Assembly (NCBI GenBank): GCA_018669845.1
Contig: JABHSO010000199.1
Coordinates: 4,945-68,944 of the forward strand
Direction: 5' to 3'
From: Gammaproteobacteria bacterium
GTDB lineage: Bacteria; Pseudomonadota; Gammaproteobacteria; GCA-001735895
Length of the DNA: 64,000 nucleotides
A program made the translations under genes and the position numbers. The notes below the pieces were generated by a model. The model was not told where the DNA came from. It saw only the letters and a list, made by a program, of their open reading frames with translations, and searched no databases. Below are positions 55,591-62,680 of this stretch, piece by piece (the first letter of the stretch is position 1; each line of letters begins with the position of its first letter).

Positions 55591-55710
55591 TTAACCAAAT
55601 AAAACCCAGTATCCAAAAAGATAGGTAATTACCAGAATATTGATTGCAGCACCGGCAAAAACAAAATAATCAAAACCTGTCAGGTTCTGTAACCACTTAA
55701 ATTGAGTCAT
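55591..55710 (-). CDS. possible 39-aa single-TM peptide
   Basis: MTQFKWLQNLTGFDYFVFAGAAINILVITYLFGYWVLFG, located 42 nt upstream of the Usp/PCP_red gene. No clear Shine-Dalgarno sequence. Below the ORF-track cut-off. Confidence 0.25.
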   Translation of the reverse strand: MTQFKWLQNLTGFDYFVFAGAAINILVITYLFGYWVLFG

Positions 55711-55726
55711 AGAGATAAATATATTT

Positions 55727-55796
55727 TTACCACGAAGTACACGAAGAGCACGAAGAAAATATTGGTGAATAGTTAAATATTTTTCTTCGTGTCTTC
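55727..55796. repeat. REP-like family B with an inverted arm
   Basis: ttaccacgaagtacacgaagagcacgaagaaaa (three tandem CACGAAG sub-units) and the inverted ttcttcgtgtcttc at 55783-55796. Confidence 0.8.
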
Positions 55797-55816
55797 AGTA
55801 TATTTCGAACCTGGTC

Positions 55817-56557
55817 TTATTTCTTTTTAAACATAAAATCAACAGTTTGGGAATCTCCCCCTGCTATTGTTGCTTTACCTTTTTGAGTTCCGAGAGTTCC
55901 GTGGAAAGCTCTTACTTTATATTTTCCGGCTGGAATATTGTCAATGGTGTAACTTCCATCGTCAGCTACTTGTGCGTAGTAAGGGTTTTTTGCAACGAAT
56001 ACAAAACCGTGCATGAAATCATGGGCGTCACATTCGATTTTCATGCCCACACCACGTTTAAGTTTGATTTTTTTGTTGATGGTGCCTTTATCGGGTTGAC
56101 TGATATTCATTACAGTCTTTTTCGCTTTACCGATAATTTCATAGCTGTGGATATTATGCAGTACGGGATCTTCATTGATGATGGCCGCATTGCCTTCGTT
56201 GTGCATGATTTGCATGTAAGGCAGAAATTCACAACCTTGCTGTAAAATTTTAGAGTCTGAATTCGCCTCATTAAATGCTTTACCTTGCTTTACTTTATCC
56301 AGGTAAACAACGACGTCAGTTAAAGCTCCGCCGTTAACTCTTACGTAATCTATTTCGCGGTTACCCGTTCCACAAACGTCGTTATCTTTTGAAATTTTGA
56401 ATACCAAAGGAGAGGGATCTTTACCCGTGAATGATACTTTACCGGAAATGCTTCCTCCGTTGGCAACGTCAACAACTTTATATTTTGCAGCCAGTACAGC
56501 CGGGCTAGTGCTTATGGCCAAAGTGAGGCCTGCGATTATAGATAGATTTTTAAACAT
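55817..56557 (-). CDS. periplasmic amicyanin-like type-1 copper (cupredoxin) protein with flanking beta-sandwich domains
   Basis: Signal peptide ending VLA-AK. Copper-ligand contexts PVLHNIHSY and IECDAHDFMHG (C-x2-H-x2-M) parallel amicyanin MPHNVHF and HCTPHPFM. C-terminal DDGSYTIDNIPAGKYKVRAF is a carboxypeptidase-regulatory-like fold. Confidence 0.65.
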   Translation of the reverse strand: MFKNLSIIAGLTLAISTSPAVLAAKYKVVDVANGGSISGKVSFTGKDPSPLVFKISKDNDVCGTGNREIDYVRVNGGALTDVVVYLDKVKQGKAFNEANSDSKILQQGCEFLPYMQIMHNEGNAAIINEDPVLHNIHSYEIIGKAKKTVMNISQPDKGTINKKIKLKRGVGMKIECDAHDFMHGFVFVAKNPYYAQVADDGSYTIDNIPAGKYKVRAFHGTLGTQKGKATIAGGDSQTVDFMFKKK

Positions 56558-56590
56558 ATGTTTTCACCTTAAGTTTTACAAATTTTAGTT

Positions 56591-59026
56591 TTATGATGCT
56601 TCTGCTAGTGGAACAGTTCGGTACATTTCTTCAAGCATTTCAATAGCAAATCGTCTTTCATAGCTTGTGGGTAAGTCAGAGAGTAACTCAACCAACCTTG
56701 CCGTACCCTGAACAGGTTCGATGGCTTTTAGAACCAATGCCATGTCACGTGTTCTGCCACCCTGATTATTAAAAGGGCATTGAACAATTTGCTCTATAGC
56801 TTTCGCCATTAATTCCTGTTGCTGATTAATTTCTTCTGCCATGAGACAGAGTTTAAGATTGTTTACTGCACTATAACGAACGCCTGGATCTTTGTCCTGA
56901 AGCAGGTCGATTAAAACATTGACCCATTCGGTCAGGTTTATTGGCATTTCAGGAACATGTGCATTTTTAAGCAGTTCGTCGCCGTTTAACTCTAGCTCGG
57001 TAATGGATTCTATTGCCTGGATGCGAATCGCTGTGCGATTATGCTCGAAGGCGGTCATTAAAATGGGTATGGCAGCCCTGTTATGAATTGTGCCCAGAGC
57101 CTTGATGCAAGCAAGTTTCAAATCCCATTGCTCATTATGGAATTGGGTGATCAGGCCGCCGTAAGCATATTCGATACCGCCAATTTTGGGATTATCCATG
57201 GCTATTTGTGCAATAGAATCGGCAGCATAGGTACTAAGCTTTATGTCAGCTGAGTTCAGTGCTGTGACCAGGCTATCAACAGTCCGTTTTGCTTTGTCTT
57301 CATTCAAATGGTCAGGCAGTTTTGCAAGTATTTTTGCAGCCAGATGTTGTACATCCTGGGCCACGGAGATTTCTTCATTTTTGTTTTTAAACAGCCATTC
57401 ACTTTTAGTGACATTATCCTGTACAAGATTATGAAATTCCTGCATCTCGGGATCTTCTTCGGTTTCTGGCTCTGCCTGATTTTCCTGTTGCTGCTGGTTT
57501 TGTTCAACAAACAGACTATCCTGCATGATTGATTCCAGAGTCGATAATGCTTCAGCCGGTGCAGCTTCTTCTACTGATTCATCCTCAGTTGCAGATTGTT
57601 CTGTATCTTCTGATGTGTTTTCAGTCTGCTCGGGCAATAAAGAAGATACTTCAATTTCCAGAACCACACGGCCATTTAAAGTCTCGTTGATGATATCTAT
57701 CGGTGTTTTAACTTGAGTCGAATCTAACTCTGTATGTTCGATACTTTTTTCCATGTCCATCAGTGCCTGCAAGGTTGTAAGCCTGATGGGTTGATCGTTA
57801 TGATTAATCAAACGGGTCATTATTCGAGATATATTGACGTTCCATCTGGATATCTGTGCCAAAGTACTGATGCAGGTTCTAAGGATTTTTTCTGAGATTT
57901 TAGGTCTTGATATAAGTTGTATCAGGCTCGCTTCTGAAGATTCTTTATTCGTTAATTTCAGTAATAAAGGTATTGCAGCGAGGATCACTATTTCATTTTG
58001 GTCATTAAATGCTGTAGTGATATGGTCCAGCAATTCTTCATCACTGAGATTGACGTCTTCAGCCTGTAGAGATTGTAAATAGGTCGATCTAACATCTGCG
58101 TCTGGATCGTTAAGTAAACGCTCATTTCCCTTGTCATCGGTTTTTTCCGATTTAACACCAGCACTCAGAGAGTTATAAGCAATAATTGCGGCTTGACGTA
58201 CTTTTTCAGAACGATCTTTTTTTAATAACTCAATGGCTGGCAGGTATTTGGTTGCCTTTCTTGTCACCATGGCCTGCAGTGCATAAAGACGAACATCTTC
58301 AGATGCATCGGTAAAAGCTGAGGATAATGCTTTTAATGATTTTTTAGTGGAGGAAAATGATAATGCGTAAGCGGCTCTTCTTCGTGTAAGAGCAGATGCT
58401 TCTTTCAAAAGCCCAGTGACTCTTTGTTCTCCCTCTTCTCCAATATTGACCAGTGCATTGAGAATGACATGTTCAATATCGAGAACATCATCACTTTCGA
58501 GTAAATTCATTAATACCTGAGTGGCCGGCTGTGCTTTCATTTTACCCAGAGCCAGTACAGCTTCTTTCTGCATATCCCACCAGTCATCCCAGTCTTCATT
58601 GCTATCAATAATCATATCTTCAGGATGATGCTCGGCAATTTCTATCAGAATGGGGATACTGGTAGGGCTTTTTATATCACCCAGTGCTTTAACGATAGCT
58701 GTTTTCAACTCTCCATCAGGGTCATTCTTTAATGACTCTATCAATTGGGGCACGACATGAGTGGCATTTAACTTACCCAGTGCTTCTGCTGCATCGATAC
58801 AGACATCAATATCTTCATCCCGTAATTTTATGACAAGATCATTAATGGCTTCAGTTGCACCAATGGTGCCTAGAGCGCGGCTGGCATTACATTTATCGAC
58901 TTCATCGCCATTGTTTAACAAATCTCGTAAGCTGTGAACGACATTAGCTCTTGACTCATTTGACGTTTCGATAGAACTATCTGAATTTGTTGTATCGATA
59001 GAGCTATCTGTATCTGCTGTTAACAC
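56591..59026 (-). CDS. large cytoplasmic HEAT-repeat (PBS-lyase-type) protein with an acidic central linker
   Basis: GTG start. Recurrent ~30-aa repeats of the type D-x-D-V-R-x-x-A-x-x-A-L-G. Acidic Glu/Gln-rich insert near residues 455-530. Confidence 0.7.
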   Translation of the reverse strand: MLTADTDSSIDTTNSDSSIETSNESRANVVHSLRDLLNNGDEVDKCNASRALGTIGATEAINDLVIKLRDEDIDVCIDAAEALGKLNATHVVPQLIESLKNDPDGELKTAIVKALGDIKSPTSIPILIEIAEHHPEDMIIDSNEDWDDWWDMQKEAVLALGKMKAQPATQVLMNLLESDDVLDIEHVILNALVNIGEEGEQRVTGLLKEASALTRRRAAYALSFSSTKKSLKALSSAFTDASEDVRLYALQAMVTRKATKYLPAIELLKKDRSEKVRQAAIIAYNSLSAGVKSEKTDDKGNERLLNDPDADVRSTYLQSLQAEDVNLSDEELLDHITTAFNDQNEIVILAAIPLLLKLTNKESSEASLIQLISRPKISEKILRTCISTLAQISRWNVNISRIMTRLINHNDQPIRLTTLQALMDMEKSIEHTELDSTQVKTPIDIINETLNGRVVLEIEVSSLLPEQTENTSEDTEQSATEDESVEEAAPAEALSTLESIMQDSLFVEQNQQQQENQAEPETEEDPEMQEFHNLVQDNVTKSEWLFKNKNEEISVAQDVQHLAAKILAKLPDHLNEDKAKRTVDSLVTALNSADIKLSTYAADSIAQIAMDNPKIGGIEYAYGGLITQFHNEQWDLKLACIKALGTIHNRAAIPILMTAFEHNRTAIRIQAIESITELELNGDELLKNAHVPEMPINLTEWVNVLIDLLQDKDPGVRYSAVNNLKLCLMAEEINQQQELMAKAIEQIVQCPFNNQGGRTRDMALVLKAIEPVQGTARLVELLSDLPTSYERRFAIEMLEEMYRTVPLAEAS

Positions 59027-59060
59027 AATGTAATACCTGAATTAGAATTTAGCCATATTA

Positions 59061-59076
59061 AGCATAAATAGTGCCA
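59061..59076 (-). promoter_or_regulatory. sigma-54 (-24/-12) promoter for the HEAT-repeat gene string
   Basis: The minus strand reads TGGCAC TATTT ATGCT (consensus TGGCAC-N5-TTGCW). The -12 GC lies about 35 nt upstream of the GTG at 59026. Confidence 0.65.
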
Positions 59077-59164
59077 ATAAAAAGTTGTTACTAATTAACT
59101 CATTGAAAGATAGGATATTAATTGCATTTTACAGGTTCGGTTTTGCGTTGGCGTATGTGTTCAA

Positions 59165-59279
59165 TTGAATGAATTGTTCTATTCATTTTGAACGTAAATT
59201 ACAGTTGAACAAAACGTTCAATTTATAAGGGTGGCATGATTTGATCAGCTGAATTGGGCATTTTGAACATTTCGTTAAT
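59165..59279. promoter_or_regulatory. three 6-N5-6 inverted repeats (TTGAAC-N5-GTTCAA), candidate enhancer-binding-protein sites
   Basis: TTGAATgaattGTTCTA (59165-59181), a perfect TTGAACaaaacGTTCAA (59205-59221) and TTGAACatttcGTTAAT (59263-59279). All lie between the two divergent sigma-54 promoters. Confidence 0.55.
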
Positions 59280-59413
59280 TATTTCTTCTTATCGTGCTTT
59301 ATCTGAATTGTTATAAACTAAACCCCTTGATGTAGTATGTTTATTACTAAGGTATTGATTTAATGAATAAATTAACACATTAAGTGATTTATAAATGTAT
59401 TTATGTTTAGTAT

Positions 59414-59430
59414 TGGCAAGAAAATTGCAT
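59414..59430 (+). promoter_or_regulatory. sigma-54 (-24/-12) promoter for the bd-like/cytochrome c operon
   Basis: TGGCAA GAAAA TTGCAT: near-consensus spacing and elements, 31 nt upstream of the ATG at 59461. Confidence 0.7.
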
Positions 59431-59460
59431 TTGGCGGTATAAACATTATTAGGAAACGTT

Positions 59461-59622
59461 ATGTCTGATATAGAAAACGAAGCGCAAACAACTGGGCAGA
59501 ATGCTGGTGTTAATGAATCAGTAACCTGGGGTCCCAAATTGTTTTATGGCGTTCTTATCGCTGTATTAGTGTTTTTCTGGTGGATGGTGATTTATCCACA
59601 CGGTGTAGCTCCAACTCATTAA
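59461..59622 (+). CDS. 53-aa single-TM peptide, first gene of the bd-like operon
   Basis: AGGAAA Shine-Dalgarno 5 nt before the ATG. Translation MSDIENEAQTTGQNAGVNESVTWGPKLFYGVLIAVLVFFWWMVIYPHGVAPTH. Below the ORF-track cut-off. Confidence 0.55.
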   Translation: MSDIENEAQTTGQNAGVNESVTWGPKLFYGVLIAVLVFFWWMVIYPHGVAPTH

Positions 59623-59770
59623 GGCGATCTGGTTCAGATAATTATAAATAAATGAACACATGAGCAATAAATGGGACTTTTAGATCCGGTATTGAATAAC
59701 TAAGGTCCCAATTTAATCATTTTTTAACGCTGATATCGCTTAAAAGTATGCAACAGAAGGTACAAACAAA

Positions 59771-59905
59771 ATGAATATGAAAAATCCTCTGATTAACTGG
59801 GTTCTCGCTATTGTGATAGTCGTAGCAGTATTTTATGGGCTAAACCACGGGGTGATGTCGATGCAGGGCTTGCCATTAAATGTTGATTTAACGCCTGTTC
59901 AATAA
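59771..59905 (+). CDS. 44-aa single-TM peptide
   Basis: MNMKNPLINWVLAIVIVVAVFYGLNHGVMSMQGLPLNVDLTPVQ. GAAGG upstream. Ends 20 nt before the CydA-like gene. Confidence 0.5.
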   Translation: MNMKNPLINWVLAIVIVVAVFYGLNHGVMSMQGLPLNVDLTPVQ

Positions 59906-59925
59906 GGGTCACCTAAGGTAACACT

Positions 59926-61812
59926 ATGAATTCAGATATATTAAATAAGAATAAAATCAGGGTTATTCTGAGCCTGTTATTTGCTCTGATGTTGGCAGGC
60001 ATGATTTCTGTGTCGGTATCGAATGAGGTTTATGCCGCTTCAGAAATAACAAGTATCGAAGATAGAATCCGCTCTGTAGATACGGGTGGTCTGTCGGCTG
60101 ATCAATTTAAAGTCGAACCGAAGTCTGTTGGTTTTCCTCCTTTTGCAGCACCAAAATTAAAAGCCAAAGATTACTCTAAAATTATGGGTGTAAGCAGTCG
60201 TTCAATAGTCTGGGTTGTGGCTCAGATGCACCTGTTTTTTGCTGCATTCGTACTGGCCGTTCCACTTTTTGTACTGGTCATTGAATGGATTGGTGCGAAG
60301 TCGGGCGATGAGCGTTATGACGATATGGCGCATGAATGCATGAAAATCAGTATGACTGCATTTTCTATTACGGCTATTTTTGGTGGTTTACTGGCCTTTG
60401 CATTGTTCATTCTGTATCCGCAGTTTATGGGATATATGATGAATGTTTTTAATACTCAGGTGCTGGTGTATGCACTGTTATTTTTTGCCGAGAGTTTTTT
60501 CCTTTACCTCTATTATTACAGCTGGTATGCCTACCGCTGGGGCAACAAAAAATGGGTACATCTGACTCTGGGTTTAATGCTGAATGTAGTTGGAACGACT
60601 ATTTTATTACTGGCTAATGCCTGGGTCACTTTCATGATGGCTCCTACCGGAGTGGATGATGCGGGTGCGGTTACCGGTGGTATCTGGGAAATAATGAGAG
60701 GGCCTCTCTGGAATCCCATCAACTTACATCGATTCATTGCTAATATTGCTTTTGGTGGTGCTGTTATCGGTGCATATGCTGCCTACAAATTTCTTTCTGC
60801 AACTGATCTTAAAGCCAGGGCGCATTATGACTGGATGGGCTACACCGCCAATTTCATTGCTATTTTAGCATTCTTACCGTTGCCTTTTGCCGGTTACTGG
60901 TTGATGGCTGAAATTTATGCTTATTCCCAGCAAATGGGTATTACTGCGATGGGTGGAATACTGGCCTGGTTGTTTATTGTACAGGCAGTGTTGATTGGCA
61001 CTATTTTACTGGCTGGTAATTATTACCTGTGGTCGGGCATGTCGAGAACGAAAGGGTCTGAGCGATATACCTGGATGATCAAATATATCGCGATGGTGCT
61101 AGTAACCTGCTTTCTGATCTGGGTGACACCTCACACGTTGATTTTGAGCGCTTCGGAAATGAAATTGCTGGGCGGTAGCCATCATCATTTGCTTGGACCC
61201 CTGGGCATTATGCCGGCTAAAAATATTGCGGTTAATCTGATGTTAATTTTTACTTTTCTTTCTTTTCAATTATACCGGAGATCAGATAAAGAAATCACTG
61301 TGGGTTGGGCAGGTTTTGGTAATGCATTGATGGTGAGCATTTATGTTGTTGCAATTGTTAATGTCATTTTTGCTGGTGTGTATTACGGCTATTTCACCAA
61401 TACGGTTTATAAGGTGGGTTCCAGTGTGGCCCAGGTCGTTTCAACGTTGGTGGTTATTATTGCAGGTGTTGTTATCGATACCTATATGTTTAAGGGTGCG
61501 AAAAAGTTGCCGTCTGAATGGGGAAAAGTTTCTAACCGGGCTCAATATGCATTATTTGCATTACCTGTTGCTTTCACCTGGTTGATGGCACTGATGGGTT
61601 ATGTACGTTCTTCGGTCAGAACCAACTGGCATGTGTACACGGTGATGAAAGATAACTCTCCAGATAATTATATTCCGGCCATAGGCTTTGCAGGCAATAT
61701 GATGACTATCGTGACGGTGTTGTTCCTTATATTTGTATTGTTTATTTTCTGGGTGGCATCTTTAAGTGATACAAAGCAGCCTAAACCTGATTTTCTGACG
61801 GGAGATAAATAA
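59926..61812 (+). CDS. cytochrome bd oxidase subunit I (CydA)-superfamily membrane protein, atypical (no CydB partner)
   Basis: Blocks collinear with E. coli CydA as I recall it: AQMHLFFAAFVLAVPLF (vs MYHFLFVPLTLG), LLFFAESFFLYLYYYSW (vs MAFFLESTFVGLFFFGW), LLLANAWVTFMMAPTG (vs WILVANGWMQNP), WNPINLHRFIANIAFGG (vs LNPVAQVKFVHTVASG). It also has an N-terminal signal-like peptide and extra C-terminal TM helices. Confidence 0.75.
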   Translation: MNSDILNKNKIRVILSLLFALMLAGMISVSVSNEVYAASEITSIEDRIRSVDTGGLSADQFKVEPKSVGFPPFAAPKLKAKDYSKIMGVSSRSIVWVVAQMHLFFAAFVLAVPLFVLVIEWIGAKSGDERYDDMAHECMKISMTAFSITAIFGGLLAFALFILYPQFMGYMMNVFNTQVLVYALLFFAESFFLYLYYYSWYAYRWGNKKWVHLTLGLMLNVVGTTILLLANAWVTFMMAPTGVDDAGAVTGGIWEIMRGPLWNPINLHRFIANIAFGGAVIGAYAAYKFLSATDLKARAHYDWMGYTANFIAILAFLPLPFAGYWLMAEIYAYSQQMGITAMGGILAWLFIVQAVLIGTILLAGNYYLWSGMSRTKGSERYTWMIKYIAMVLVTCFLIWVTPHTLILSASEMKLLGGSHHHLLGPLGIMPAKNIAVNLMLIFTFLSFQLYRRSDKEITVGWAGFGNALMVSIYVVAIVNVIFAGVYYGYFTNTVYKVGSSVAQVVSTLVVIIAGVVIDTYMFKGAKKLPSEWGKVSNRAQYALFALPVAFTWLMALMGYVRSSVRTNWHVYTVMKDNSPDNYIPAIGFAGNMMTIVTVLFLIFVLFIFWVASLSDTKQPKPDFLTGDK

Positions 61813-62678
61813 TGAATCTCAGCATCAGAAAAGTCCAGTCCGGTGCAGTTTTATTCAATGTTTTACTGTTCAGTTTTTCTTTAACCCTGGTGTTTACGCT
61901 GGTTGCTAATTTACTGCCCCAGGTTGAAGGTGAAGCACCGGTCGAAGTAGAAATAGATCTGAGTGCAATGACTATGGATGGTTTTGTGTCACTCGGAGAA
62001 AGTATTTTTTCCGGTAAAGGAACCTGTACGTTATGCCATAACAACATGGGACGGGCGCCTGATATTTTACAGTTAAATATGGTTGCTACTTCAACCGAGC
62101 GCATGGCTGATGAACGTTATAAGGGAGCCGCTGCTTCTGTTGAAGACTACATGCGCGAATCAATGCTCGATCCTAGTTTGTATGTAGTAAAAGGTTTTGG
62201 GCAGAAGGGCAGCAACGATACTGTTTCACCCATGCCGACGGCAAATAAAGCGCCTATCCTATTAACCGATGTTGAAATGGATGCTGTTATTGCTTTTATG
62301 CAAGCTAAAGATGGCAATGATGTCACCGTTGCCTTACCGGAAGGTTTGCCTGAAAAATCAGCAGAAGAACAGGCAGGGGCTTCTGCTGTAGCAGCTGTAC
62401 AAGGACCGGCTGAAACGGCCGAAGAAGCTTTAGGAAAATTTACCTGTACAGCATGTCATGCAGTAGCTGGTAGTGAATCAATGGTGGGTCCAGAGTTAAA
62501 TGCAGTCGGTAATCGGCTGGATAAAGATAAAATCCGTGAGAGTATTCTTAACCCTGAAGCGGTGATTGCTGAGGGTTTTGATGCAGGCATGATGCCGGCA
62601 GATTTTGCAAAGAAAATGACAATAAGCGAGCTGGACATGGTTACCGAGTACTTACTCAATCAAAAGGGAGGGCAATAA
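61812..62678 (+). CDS. membrane-anchored dihaem cytochrome c
   Basis: N-terminal TM helix and two CxxCH motifs (CTLCH, CTACH). The ATG overlaps the CydA-like stop by 1 nt. Confidence 0.8.
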   Translation: MNLSIRKVQSGAVLFNVLLFSFSLTLVFTLVANLLPQVEGEAPVEVEIDLSAMTMDGFVSLGESIFSGKGTCTLCHNNMGRAPDILQLNMVATSTERMADERYKGAAASVEDYMRESMLDPSLYVVKGFGQKGSNDTVSPMPTANKAPILLTDVEMDAVIAFMQAKDGNDVTVALPEGLPEKSAEEQAGASAVAAVQGPAETAEEALGKFTCTACHAVAGSESMVGPELNAVGNRLDKDKIRESILNPEAVIAEGFDAGMMPADFAKKMTISELDMVTEYLLNQKGGQ

Positions 62679-62680
62679 TC

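Noticed and set aside
59232-59256. TGGCATGATTTGATCAGC as a third sigma-54 promoter or an FNR/CRP box (TTGATCAGCTGAAT)
   Set aside because: The -12 position reads GATC rather than TTGC. The right half-site of the putative FNR box (TGAAT) does not match ATCAA.
59289-59537. 82-aa minus-strand ORF in the divergent promoter region
   Set aside because: It covers the plus-strand sigma-54 promoter and is antisense to the small ORF at 59461, which has a Shine-Dalgarno sequence. Its composition is AT-rich and low-complexity, with no recognisable domain.
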